A stretch of 59,387 bases of DNA from Actinomycetes bacterium (GTDB taxonomy: Bacteria > Actinomycetota > Coriobacteriia > Coriobacteriales > Eggerthellaceae), in NCBI GenBank assembly GCA_023403475.1, contig JAEYEL010000189.1, positions 1 through 59,387 of the forward strand, written 5' to 3'. This document shows, piece after piece, positions 50,077 through 59,387 of this stretch. The first letter of the stretch is position 1. Every line of letters starts with the position of its first letter. Both the position numbers and the translations under genes were made by a program. The notes beneath the pieces were generated by a model that was not told where the DNA came from, did no database searches, and saw only the letters and a program-made list of their open reading frames with translations.

Positions 50077-51210
50077 TCAGCATTCCAAAGATCCTATCAG
50101 CTCGCCCACGTCCCTCACGCCCATCTCCTCGCAATAGCGGGCGATTCCGTCTATCACATCCATCGTCGCCGCCGGGTTTGCGAAGTTCGCCGTGCCCACC
50201 GCAACCGCCGTGGCGCCTGCGAGCAAAAACTCCACCGCGTCGATGCCGGTGCAAACGCCCCCCATGCCGAGCAGGGGAACGCGCACCGCCTTGTGCACTT
50301 CCCACACCATGCGCAAGGCCACGGGCTTCACGGCAGGGCCGGAAAGCCCGCCGACCACGCGTGCGAGCTGCGGCTTGCGGCACCGCGCGTCGATAGCCAT
50401 GCCGAGCAGCGTGTTGATAAGGGAAAGCGCGTCGGCTCCGGCGCTTTCCGCTGCGCGGGCTATCTCGGTGATGTCGGTCACGTTCGGCGTGAGCTTCACG
50501 ATGAGCGGGCGGTTCGTGACCGCACGGCATCGCGCCACCACGGCTTCCACGCTTTTGGCATGGCAGCCTATGGTCATGCCTCCCGCATCGACGTTCGGGC
50601 ACGATATGTTCACTTCGTAAGCGTGAACCGACGCATCTTCAAGCGCTTCGATGACCTGCACGTACTCGTCGAACGAATGCCCTGAGACATTCACGATGAC
50701 GCAGGCTTTCCGCTCCGCCAACCAAGGCAGGTCGCATTCCTTCAAATGCGCCACGCCCGGATTCTGCAGCCCGATGGAGTTCAGCATGCCGCAGGGCGTC
50801 TCCGCAATGCGCGGGGAGGCGTTTCCCTCCCACCCATGAAGCGAAACGCCCTTGGTGGTAACCGCCCCGAGCGTTGCCACATCGACGAAATCGGCGTACT
50901 CCCTTCCCGCCGCGAACGTGCCCGAAGCCGTCGTGACGGGGTTCTTCATGGCAAGACCGCCTAGGTTGACCTCCATGTTCACGGAAGTCGGCAAAGGTCG
51001 TCGAACCTTTGCCGCAGACCGCGCGCGCCTCTCGTCCAGACCAGGTAGAGGGCGACATGTCGGCATGTCGCCCGAGCGAGTTTCGCACGAGCCGAAAGCG
51101 CCGGTGGCGCTTTCGTGCGAACTCGGGACTATCTGAGCGACCGAAGGATGCGCCGCCATGTCGCCCGAAGACGCAGGTTGACTTAACGAACGTTGCGCCT
51201 CCATCACCAT
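50077..51210 (-). CDS. pyrD: Dihydroorotate dehydrogenase class 1B catalytic subunit (start uncertain; conserved core begins ~50976)
   Basis: [37 protein letters not shown]. Confidence 0.93.
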   Translation of the reverse strand: MVMEAQRSLSQPASSGDMAAHPSVAQIVPSSHESATGAFGSCETRSGDMPTCRPLPGLDERRARSAAKVRRPLPTSVNMEVNLGGLAMKNPVTTASGTFAAGREYADFVDVATLGAVTTKGVSLHGWEGNASPRIAETPCGMLNSIGLQNPGVAHLKECDLPWLAERKACVIVNVSGHSFDEYVQVIEALEDASVHAYEVNISCPNVDAGGMTIGCHAKSVEAVVARCRAVTNRPLIVKLTPNVTDITEIARAAESAGADALSLINTLLGMAIDARCRKPQLARVVGGLSGPAVKPVALRMVWEVHKAVRVPLLGMGGVCTGIDAVEFLLAGATAVAVGTANFANPAATMDVIDGIARYCEEMGVRDVGELIGSLEC

Positions 51211-52046
51211 TTCACCTCCTGGGCGTTGAATATCGGCCCGTCCACGCAGGCCCGACGTTTGCCGCGCGTCGTGTCCACCACGCACGACAGGCAAGCCCCC
51301 ACCCCGCACGCCATACGCCGCTCCAGCGACACCTCGCAGAAAACGCCCGCCGCGCCCGCCTGCTCAGCGACGATGCGCATGAGCGGCTCTGGGCCGCACA
51401 CGGCCGCGTAATCGTAGGGCGCATCTTCCGCAGCAGCCTGCGCAAGCGCCTCCTTTGCAAGCGAAGTGCAGAAACCGGCTCGTCCGAAAGAGCCGTCGTC
51501 GGTGGCGCAGCGCGGTGCGTTGTCGGCGCAGCATTCCGCACCGGCAAGCAGGCTTTCGTAGCGCGCGCGGCATACGAGCGCGTGCGCGGTCTGCGCCCCG
51601 AGCACCACGTCGGTGCGCACGCCCGCGCCTACCAGCTTCTCGCACAGCATGAACAAGGGCGCCGCGCCCACACCTCCTCCCACGAGCAGCGCGCGCCGCG
51701 CATTTTCGGGAGGCCGCCAGCCACGTCCCACAGGGCCTATGAGCCAGACGGGCTTGCCGTTCCTCCCGTACGCCGCCGCGCTTTCCGCGCCCAAACCAGC
51801 CATGTGCGCGGTTCCGAAGCCGACCACTTGGTAGAGCACATCCAAAGTGCCCGCTTCCGCATCGCGCGCGTAGACCGAGAACGGGCGGCGCAGGATATGG
51901 TCTTCCATACCCGGCACCTTCATGTGCACGAACTGCCCCGGCTCGACGCTTGCCGCAATACCGGGCGAGAAAAGCGTCATGACGTGCAGGCCTTTCCCCA
52001 CGCACTCGTTTTTCAGGATACGCGCGCATTCGTTTTCCAACGTCAC
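51204..52046 (-). CDS. pyrK: Dihydroorotate dehydrogenase electron transfer subunit
   Basis: [29 protein letters not shown]. Confidence 0.93.
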   Translation of the reverse strand: MTLENECARILKNECVGKGLHVMTLFSPGIAASVEPGQFVHMKVPGMEDHILRRPFSVYARDAEAGTLDVLYQVVGFGTAHMAGLGAESAAAYGRNGKPVWLIGPVGRGWRPPENARRALLVGGGVGAAPLFMLCEKLVGAGVRTDVVLGAQTAHALVCRARYESLLAGAECCADNAPRCATDDGSFGRAGFCTSLAKEALAQAAAEDAPYDYAAVCGPEPLMRIVAEQAGAAGVFCEVSLERRMACGVGACLSCVVDTTRGKRRACVDGPIFNAQEVKW

Positions 52047-52057
52047 GGCGCCACCTC

Positions 52058-55000
52058 CTAGCAAGCCCATTGGGGCAGATCCTGCAACGCCACAACCTGC
52101 AGGCCGTTCTCGCGGGCAACCTCCATACCTGAAACCATAGCCTGGGCACCGGCAAGCGTGGTGGCCTGCATGACGCCGTGCTTCACGGCCTCCAGACGCA
52201 GATCGTAGCCGTCGGCGCGGGTCGCATGTCCGAACGGCGTGTTAACCATGAGCGAGATCTTCCCCGCCGCTATAAGGTCGCGCACGTTGTTCTCGCCTCC
52301 CTCGCGCACCTTGCGCACCTCCTGGCATTCCACACCGGCCGCTCGCAGCGCCCGTGCCGTGCCGTGGGTGGCCACCACGTGGAACCCGAGGCGCACGATA
52401 TCGCGTGCGATGGAGACCACGGCGCGCTTGTCGCGATCGCACACCGAGATGAACACGGTGCCGCCTGCGGGCAGCGCGTAGCTTATGGCCAGCTGCGTCT
52501 TCGCGAAGGCCGCAGGGAAGTTTCGCGCGATGCCCATGACCTCGCCGGTCGATTTCATTTCGGGACCTAAGACCGTATCGGCGCCGGGGAAACGCCCGAA
52601 GGGCATGACGGCTTCCTTCACGCTGAAATGCTCCAAGCGCCTGTCGTCGGGCGGAAGGTCGAGCGTGGCCAGCTTCTCGCCCGCCATGACGCGGGCGGCC
52701 ACCTTCGCAAGCGGCACGCCTGTTGCCTTCGAAGTGAACGGCACCGTGCGGCTTGCGCGCGGGTTCGCCTCGATGATGTAGATGACCTGGTCTTTGATGG
52801 CGAACTGGATGTTGATGAGACCCACCACGCCCAAGCGGAGCGCAAGGCGGCGCGCGATGGAGCGCAGCTGCGCGACGATAGCTTCGGAAAGCGCGAAGGG
52901 GGGCGTGCAACAGGCCGAATCGCCCGAATGGATGCCTGCCATCTCTATGTGCTCGAGCACGCCGCCCACGTAAACCTGCGTCCCGTCGCATACGGCGTCG
53001 AGATCCACTTCCACCGCGCCCTCCAGGAAGCGGTCGAGATAGACCGGGTGGTCGGGGGATATCTTCGCCGCCTCCTGCATGTACTTTTCAAGCTGCGCCC
53101 CGTCGTAGACGATGCCCATGCCGCGCCCGCCGAGCACGTAGCTGGGCCGCACGAGCAAAGGAAAGCCAATCTGGTCGGCTACGACGCACGCTTCCTGATA
53201 GGTGGAGGCCATGCCGGCAGCCGGGTAGGTGATGGACATCTCGTCGAGCACGGCGGCAAAACGGTCGCGATCTTCCGCCAGGTCTATCGCCTCGGGCGAT
53301 GTTCCCATAATGGGAACGCCTGCGGCTGCCAAGGCGTTCGCCAACTTGAGCGGCGTCTGCCCTCCGAGCGTGACGATGACGCCTTCGGGACGCTCGACAT
53401 CCACGATATCCATGACGTCTTCGAACGTGAGCGGCTCGAAGTAGAGCTTGTCAGACGTGTCGTAGTCGGTGGAGACCGTTTCGGGGTTGCAGTTGACCAT
53501 GATGGTCTCGAAGCCCTCTGCATGCAGCGCGTAGGACGCATGCACGCAACAGTAGTCGAACTCGATGCCCTGGCCTATGCGGTTCGGGCCGGCCCCGAGT
53601 ATCATGACGCGACGGCGGGAGCTTCGCGCAACCTCGGTCTCGCATGCGTCGTAGGTCTTGTAATGGTAAGCCGTCTTGCTGGGGAATTCCGCAGCGCACG
53701 TATCGACCGTTTTGAACGCGGGCACCACGTGCAGAAGCTTTCGGCATGTGCGCACGGTAAGCTCGTCGGACCCGGTGAGCTCGGCTATTTGCACATCGGA
53801 AAGTCCATAGCGTTTGAGCAGGAGAAACGCATCGGCATCGAGCGCATCGAGCGCCATGCCGCGCAAATTTTCCTGCACACGCACAATATCGGCCATGCGC
53901 GCGACGAAGAAGGAGTCGATGCGGCTCGCCTCGCTCACCTCGCCCACGCTCCAGCCGCGCCGTAAGGCCTCGGCCAAGTAGAACACGCGGTCGGCGGTGG
54001 GGCGGCGCACGAGGTCGGCCAGCTCGTCATCGGTCGCCTGCCCTTCAAGCCCCTTGCCGTCCGCACCCAGACCGAACCTTCCGTTCTCAAGCGAGCGCAG
54101 CGCCTTGCCCAAAGCCTCCTCGAAGGTGCGCCCGATGCTCATGATTTCGCCCACGGCCTTCATGCGGGTGGAAAGCGTGTCGTCGGTGCCTTGGAACTTT
54201 TCGAACGCAAAGCGCGGCACCTTCACCACGCAGTAGTCGATGGAAGGCTCGAAGCAAGCGGGCGTGGCCTTGGTGATGTCATTCACTATTTCGTCGAGCG
54301 TATAACCCACCGCCAGCTTCGCCGCCGCCTTCGCAATGGGAAAGCCGGTCGCCTTCGACGCGAGCGCCGAGGAGCGCGACACGCGCGGGTTCATCTCGAT
54401 AACCACCATGCGGCCGTTTTGCGGGTTGACGGCGAACTGCACGTTGCTGCCGCCCGTTTCCACGCCTATCTTCTCCAAAATGGCAAGGGAAGCCGCCCGC
54501 ATGCGCTGGTATTCCACGTCGGAAAGCGTCTGGGCGGGGGCGACGGTGATGGAGTCTCCCGTGTGCACGCCCATGGCGTCGAAGTTCTCGATGGAGCACA
54601 CGATGATGCCGTTGCCGACCGCATCGCGCATCACCTCCATCTCGAATTCCTTCCAGCCTTCGATGGACTCCTCCACCAGCACCTCGCCGGCAGGGGAAAG
54701 CTCCAAGCCCTGCCCCACGATGGAGACAAGCTCGTCTTGGTCGTGCGCGATGCCGCCTCCTGCGCCGCCCAACGTGAACGAGGGGCGCAGCACCACCGGA
54801 TATCCCAGCTCGCCCACGATGCGAAGGGCGTCTTCCACCGAATAGGCGTAGCCGCTTTTCGCCGTCTCGATGCCAAGCTGCGCCATGCACTCGTTGAAAA
54901 GCCTGCGATCCTCGCCGCGCTCGATGGCGGCCAGGTCGCAGCCGATCATCTCGACATCGTACTTATCAAGTACGCCCGCACGCGCCAGTTCCACCGCCGC

Positions 55001-55291
55001 GTTCAGGCCGGTCTGCCCGCCGAGCGTGGGAAGCAGCGCACAGGGGCGCTCGCGTTCGATGACCTGTTCGATGAACTCGGTTGTGATAGGCTCAACGTAG
55101 GTGCGGTCGGCAAGCCCCGGATCGGTCATGATGGTGGCCGGGTTCGAGTTCACGAGCACCACGCGGTAGCCGTCTTCCTTAAGCACCTTGCACGCCTGTG
55201 CCCCCGAGTAGTCGAACTCGCAGGCCTGCCCGATGACGATAGGCCCCGACCCGATGACGAGGATGGTGTTGATGTCTTCGCGCTTAGGCAT
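52058..55291 (-). CDS. carB: Carbamoyl-phosphate synthase large subunit
   Basis: [34 protein letters not shown] domain. Confidence 0.98.
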   Translation of the reverse strand: MPKREDINTILVIGSGPIVIGQACEFDYSGAQACKVLKEDGYRVVLVNSNPATIMTDPGLADRTYVEPITTEFIEQVIERERPCALLPTLGGQTGLNAAVELARAGVLDKYDVEMIGCDLAAIERGEDRRLFNECMAQLGIETAKSGYAYSVEDALRIVGELGYPVVLRPSFTLGGAGGGIAHDQDELVSIVGQGLELSPAGEVLVEESIEGWKEFEMEVMRDAVGNGIIVCSIENFDAMGVHTGDSITVAPAQTLSDVEYQRMRAASLAILEKIGVETGGSNVQFAVNPQNGRMVVIEMNPRVSRSSALASKATGFPIAKAAAKLAVGYTLDEIVNDITKATPACFEPSIDYCVVKVPRFAFEKFQGTDDTLSTRMKAVGEIMSIGRTFEEALGKALRSLENGRFGLGADGKGLEGQATDDELADLVRRPTADRVFYLAEALRRGWSVGEVSEASRIDSFFVARMADIVRVQENLRGMALDALDADAFLLLKRYGLSDVQIAELTGSDELTVRTCRKLLHVVPAFKTVDTCAAEFPSKTAYHYKTYDACETEVARSSRRRVMILGAGPNRIGQGIEFDYCCVHASYALHAEGFETIMVNCNPETVSTDYDTSDKLYFEPLTFEDVMDIVDVERPEGVIVTLGGQTPLKLANALAAAGVPIMGTSPEAIDLAEDRDRFAAVLDEMSITYPAAGMASTYQEACVVADQIGFPLLVRPSYVLGGRGMGIVYDGAQLEKYMQEAAKISPDHPVYLDRFLEGAVEVDLDAVCDGTQVYVGGVLEHIEMAGIHSGDSACCTPPFALSEAIVAQLRSIARRLALRLGVVGLINIQFAIKDQVIYIIEANPRASRTVPFTSKATGVPLAKVAARVMAGEKLATLDLPPDDRRLEHFSVKEAVMPFGRFPGADTVLGPEMKSTGEVMGIARNFPAAFAKTQLAISYALPAGGTVFISVCDRDKRAVVSIARDIVRLGFHVVATHGTARALRAAGVECQEVRKVREGGENNVRDLIAAGKISLMVNTPFGHATRADGYDLRLEAVKHGVMQATTLAGAQAMVSGMEVARENGLQVVALQDLPQWAC

Positions 55292-56747
55292 TTTCGGCCC
55301 CCTCTCCTGCCGGACGGCTTGCCTGCTCCTTTGCCGTTGGAGGTGCGGCCGCAAGGCCAGCGGAACCGAATTTCCACCCGGCAAGGCGGTCGGCGGCTAT
55401 GTCTATGTCGAGGTAGTCTTTTCGGCCTTCCATAAGGCGGGTGAAGGCGGTGAACAGGTAATGGGAATCGGTCGGCCCGGGAGACGCTTCGGGATGGTAC
55501 TGCACGCTGAAGGCGGGAACGTCGAGAAACGCCATGCCTTCGGCGGTGCCGTCGTTCATGTTCACGTGCGTAAGGCGGATGCGGCCGAAGCGCTCGTTTT
55601 GCACCACGGGCGCGATTCCCGCGCGCGCCCAGAAGCGCAGATCGTCTTCATGGCCCTTGAACCCGCCGGAAAGCTCGGGCACAAGCGGCCCTAAGCTGGG
55701 AAACAAGAGCCCGAAGCCGTGGTTTTGCGCCGTTATCTCCACGCGCCCCGTGAGCAAGTTTACGACCGGATGGTTGCCGCCGCGATGGCCGAATTTCAGC
55801 TTCTCTATTGCGGAGCCGGCGGCTTTGGCCATCATCTGGTGTCCAAGGCAGATGCCGAACATCGGCACGCGCCCGAGCAGCTTCTCCACCTGCTCGTAAG
55901 TGCCCGCCACCGCCTCCGGGTCGCCAGGCCCGTTGCTTAAGAACACGCCGTCGGGGTTTGCCGCCAGCACCTCTTCGGCAGGCGTGTTCCACGGCACCAC
56001 GGTAAGCTCGCAGCCTGCGCGCACGAGGTTGTGGAAAATGGAGCGCTTCGCGCCGCAGTCGTAGGCTATCACGCGGAAGCGGGGCTTGGCAGGCGCGCTC
56101 ACCGCGAACGAATGGCTTTTCGGCAGCGCTTCGACACCCACCTTATAGGGAGCGGCGCAGGAAACGGTAGCCGCAAGGTTGCACCCTACGATGGACTCGC
56201 TTGCGCGCACCTTCGCAAGCAGGCTTTCCACGCTTGCGTCCTCCGTGGAAAGCACGGCGCGCTGCGCGCCGGCGTCGCGCACGTGGCGAACGAGCGCGCG
56301 CGTGTCCACGCCCTCGATGGCGACGACGCCCCGCTCGCGCAGGTAATCGGGCAAGCTCATGTCGCTTCGCCAGTTCGAGGGGCATGCGCACATATCGCGC
56401 ACCACAAGGCCTCGCAGGGCCGGACGTTCGCTTTGCGCATCTTCGAGGTTCACGCCGTAGTTCCCTATCTGGGGATACGTCATGGTCACTATCTGCCCTG
56501 CGTAGGAAGGGTCGGTTATGACCTCGAGATAGCCTTCCAGCGAGGTGTTGAAGCATATCTCTCCGTACACCTCTCCCCGCGCCGCGCACGACGTTCCGGA
56601 AAACGCTGCGCCGTCCTCGAGCACGAGAAGAGCCTTGGATGCACGGGGAAGCGCCCCGCCTAACGTCGCAGGCCTCTCTTCTGTCCCGTCCTCAAGCTTC
56701 GATGTCTTTCGCAAAAGCCTTTCGCTCGTATCGCTCAAATCATCCAT
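55284..56747 (-). CDS. carA: Carbamoyl-phosphate synthase small subunit
   Basis: [32 protein letters not shown]. Confidence 0.97.
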   Translation of the reverse strand: MDDLSDTSERLLRKTSKLEDGTEERPATLGGALPRASKALLVLEDGAAFSGTSCAARGEVYGEICFNTSLEGYLEVITDPSYAGQIVTMTYPQIGNYGVNLEDAQSERPALRGLVVRDMCACPSNWRSDMSLPDYLRERGVVAIEGVDTRALVRHVRDAGAQRAVLSTEDASVESLLAKVRASESIVGCNLAATVSCAAPYKVGVEALPKSHSFAVSAPAKPRFRVIAYDCGAKRSIFHNLVRAGCELTVVPWNTPAEEVLAANPDGVFLSNGPGDPEAVAGTYEQVEKLLGRVPMFGICLGHQMMAKAAGSAIEKLKFGHRGGNHPVVNLLTGRVEITAQNHGFGLLFPSLGPLVPELSGGFKGHEDDLRFWARAGIAPVVQNERFGRIRLTHVNMNDGTAEGMAFLDVPAFSVQYHPEASPGPTDSHYLFTAFTRLMEGRKDYLDIDIAADRLAGWKFGSAGLAAAPPTAKEQASRPAGEGAENA

Positions 56748-56785
56748 CCTCTCAACAGGCGACCTTGCCGCCGAAACCCGCTTCG

Positions 56786-56880
56786 AAAAAAAAGCGCCCT
56801 CGTCACAGACGAAGGCGCACGCATGCTTCAGCTTCCAATATGTCGCGCACCTTGTCGGTCTCTCTGTACCGCCTTAAAGG
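56786..56880 (-). promoter_or_regulatory. PyrR-type attenuator upstream of carA
   Basis: CCTTTAAGGCGGTACAGAGAGACCGACAAGG binding-loop-like hairpin, then GCGCCTTCGTC..GACGAGGGCGC-T8 terminator. Confidence 0.8.
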
Positions 56881-56979
56881 TTGCAGTCAGTATACGCCCG
56901 CAAAGCGCAACCGTCCAGCGAGAAGACGACGATTCCCCGCAAGCGGTGTGAATGGGCGAAGCCGTTCCATAAAGCCGTT

Positions 56980-57660
56980 CTACAAACCCATCTCCGCCTT
57001 CATCTTGGCAAGCTCGGCCTCCACCGCCTCGTCGCTTCCGACGCCCGCATACTTCTCCTCGAGCACCTTAGCTGCATCGACGGGCTGTTGGTTCAGCTCG
57101 TTCATGGCGTTCGCGCGGTCGAGCATCGCGTCGGCCTTCGCCTCCATGCGGTCGAACCCGCTCATGGCGCCTGCCGCCTTGTCTGCCGAAGAGGCGAACT
57201 TGTTGACTTTTTCCTGGGTCTTCGCCACGGCGACCTTGGCCTTGACCGCTTCGCGGCGCTCGTTCAGAGTTTCGATGTCGCTTACCAGCTTGTCATGCAT
57301 CTCGCGCATCTTGACAGCGTTCTCATGGGCTGCGTCGTAGGTTGCTTTGAGGCTTGCCCCCTTGGCTTCAAGCTGCTGCTTTTTGCCCAGGAAGGTACGG
57401 GCATCGCCCTCGTTGCCTGCGGAAAGGGCTTTGCGGGCAAGCTCGTCATAGCGAGAGACCTCCGCCGCGTTCTCGTCGAGAACGCGCTTCGTGCGCGTTT
57501 CCTCAGCCATGACGCCGGCGGTTTCCTTCTTCACCTCGGCCAAAGTTTCGGTAAGCTCGCGCATGTACTGGTCGATCATCTTCGACGGATCTTCGCATTT
57601 GTCCAGAAGATCGTTGATGTTCGCTTTGATGATATCGGCAAAGCGGTCGAGTACTCCCAT
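56980..57660 (-). CDS. pspA: PspA/IM30 family protein
   Basis: MGVLDRFADIIKANINDLLDKCEDP; coiled coil; ELAKMKAEM. Confidence 0.92.
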   Translation of the reverse strand: MGVLDRFADIIKANINDLLDKCEDPSKMIDQYMRELTETLAEVKKETAGVMAEETRTKRVLDENAAEVSRYDELARKALSAGNEGDARTFLGKKQQLEAKGASLKATYDAAHENAVKMREMHDKLVSDIETLNERREAVKAKVAVAKTQEKVNKFASSADKAAGAMSGFDRMEAKADAMLDRANAMNELNQQPVDAAKVLEEKYAGVGSDEAVEAELAKMKAEMGL

Positions 57661-57723
57661 GCTGCATCTCCTTTTCCGGCCTTGCGGCCCTCCTGTCGGC
57701 TGTACGCGTTCGACGCGCAGCCC

Positions 57724-58794
57724 CTATTGCTTCTCCTCGTATTTTTTCGCGAGGTCTTCCACGTCTTCGTCGCCGAACTTCTCAAGCGGCGTGCTCAGAA
57801 TGCGTTCCATGTCGGCTTGTTCCTTTTTCTTGCGGGCGGCTCGCCTCGTCACCACGAAGAATACGACGGCGACGATTGCCGCCAAGACGAGCAGAACGCC
57901 TGCGCCCACCTTCACGGCGGGCGAAACGGAAAGCCCCTGCTCGCTTCTCTGATCGGACATTATCTGCGAGCCCGTCTTTTCGAAGGCGAGCGAGAACATC
58001 TCCTCTTCGCTTGAAGCCGACTGGTAATATCGGTCCAAGTTGTCGGCCAATACGTTTACCGCCGCATCGTCCATGACGCCCTTTGCGGCCGAACCGATCG
58101 CATATCCGCAGTTGAAATGACCGTTTCCGTCATCGCAGAAAACAAGGAGGAAGTGTCCCTCGTCATCGAAAAGGGAATCGTAGAGATCTTCCGCGCGCAA
58201 GCCCAGTTCCTGAACGGACGTAGTAGCTCCGTTCGGCAGGATGTAGACGTAAGGACGCACGCCCGTTTCCTTGTAGAACGATTTCAGGCCGGCTTCCATC
58301 TTGCCGGAATCGTGTATCCAGTCTCCATCGGTGTCGGTGTACCAGGCCGTCTCGATCGAAGCCGAAGCAGGCAACGCCTCGCGTGCAGGCGCTGCCTGAT
58401 AGGAAGATTCCTCAGACCCGAAAAGAACGCCCAGGAGAACAAGGGCGACGATCACGAAGGCGGCGATGGCGAAAACGGCTCCGCAGCCGCCGCAGCCGCT
58501 TGACGATCCGCCGTTCTGCTGCGGGCTGTTGTTCGAAGGCGGCCTGAAGGCAGGCCCGCCGCCCGAGCGAGAGCCCGAGAGCAGATGCCCGAGTATCATG
58601 CCGGCGGCAAGATCGCCGAAACCGGAGCCGCCACCGGAAGGGCCTCTTCCGAAGGAAGAGCCGCCGCTGCGCCCTCCGCCGAAGCCGCCGCCCGAAAAGC
58701 CACCAGAAGATCTACCTCCGCCGGAAAAGCCGCCTGACGAGCGCCCGCCGCCAGAGAATCCTCCGCTGAAACCGCCGCCGCCCGATCTTCCCAT
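57724..58794 (-). CDS. Gly-rich, TPM-like membrane protein (Psp-associated)
   Basis: GGFSGGGRSS repeats, two TM helices, FYKETGVRPYVY, VMDDAAV. Confidence 0.7.
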   Translation of the reverse strand: MGRSGGGGFSGGFSGGGRSSGGFSGGGRSSGGFSGGGFGGGRSGGSSFGRGPSGGGSGFGDLAAGMILGHLLSGSRSGGGPAFRPPSNNSPQQNGGSSSGCGGCGAVFAIAAFVIVALVLLGVLFGSEESSYQAAPAREALPASASIETAWYTDTDGDWIHDSGKMEAGLKSFYKETGVRPYVYILPNGATTSVQELGLRAEDLYDSLFDDEGHFLLVFCDDGNGHFNCGYAIGSAAKGVMDDAAVNVLADNLDRYYQSASSEEEMFSLAFEKTGSQIMSDQRSEQGLSVSPAVKVGAGVLLVLAAIVAVVFFVVTRRAARKKKEQADMERILSTPLEKFGDEDVEDLAKKYEEKQ

Positions 58795-59061
58795 AACGCC
58801 CCTTCTCCACACTTCTCCCGAAGCCCTGGCAACGCCGGCATGTACTCTTCGCATAGCATAGCGAAAGCGCCCGCGCGACAACGCCTCTCTCATGCCGCGT
58901 ATTGTAGCAGCAAACCCTGCAGCCGCCCCACGTCGCCATCCATTCAACAAACCGCACATCGAACCTTCGGAACCGGATCGAGCGTCGTTCTCTTCCGAGA
59001 GGCGCCGCGCCCCATCGCGCGAAAGCCGACGCGATCGGGCGCACGCGTTTCCACGATCCCG

Positions 59062-59387
59062 TTACTCTACCACTTTGCCGTCTTCCATGGCGGCATAGCC
59101 GCCCACGTAGGTGTCGGTCGCACGGGCGGTGAGATGAGCGCCCAGAAAGCCGCTGTTTTTCGCCTTCGATTCGAACTGCGCGGCATCGACGGTCCATTCC
59201 GCGTTCGGGTCGATGACGGTGAAGTCGGCCGGACTGCCGGGCTCTAGCGCCACGCGCTCCACGCGCAGGATGCGGCGCGGGGCGACGGCCATAAGCTCCA
59301 CCATGCGCTGCCATGTTATCACTCCCGGCTTCACCAGGTGCGTGACCACGAGCGCCGCCGAAGTCTCCAGCCCTATCATGCCGAAGG
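59062..59387 (-). CDS. pyrC: Dihydroorotase, C-terminal part (runs off the window)
   Basis: FGMIGLET, PADFTVID, SKAKNSGF. Confidence 0.9.
   Translation of the reverse strand, partial: FGMIGLETSAALVVTHLVKPGVITWQRMVELMAVAPRRILRVERVALEPGSPADFTVIDPNAEWTVDAAQFESKAKNSGFLGAHLTARATDTYVGGYAAMEDGKVVE

Noticed and set aside
50977..51210. N-terminal extension on PyrD as a novel domain
   Set aside because: It is low-complexity with no recognisable motif, and may be intergenic DNA ahead of a downstream start.

Overview
High-GC window that reads as a Coriobacteriia (Eggerthellaceae-like) chromosome; the taxon is inferred from gene content (mIHF, hrcA-dnaJ without dnaK, rpoZ-gmk). Housekeeping blocks sit at 168-9592 (recO, era, ybeY, mtaB, rsmE, dnaJ, hrcA with a CIRCE operator) and 36234-59387 (hemW, dusB, lepA, rpsT, holA, comEC/comEA, thiI, rpoZ, gmk, mihF, pyr/car genes with a PyrR-type attenuator). 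Between hemW and hrcA lies a ~26 kb accessory/defence region. Its outer layer holds a Type ISP restriction-modification gene, a Septu-like ATPase+HNH pair, an XRE/ImmA pair and an LPXTG surface protein. Main observation: the Type ISP gene is split at its methyltransferase motif I (HIL|DPFAGTG) by a 15,050-bp element (17500-32549). The element's ends reconstruct a symmetric serine-recombinase attP (19-bp arm, 7 bp, TC core, 7 bp, 19-bp arm), and precise excision would restore a 1915-aa ORF. The element encodes a large serine recombinase, a Hachiman-like pair with an atypical HamA, an HNH+m5C restriction-modification-like pair and regulator cargo. It carries a different five-copy, ~20-21-bp-period repeat array near each end. 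An IS3 copy without a target duplication marks deletion of the element's core.
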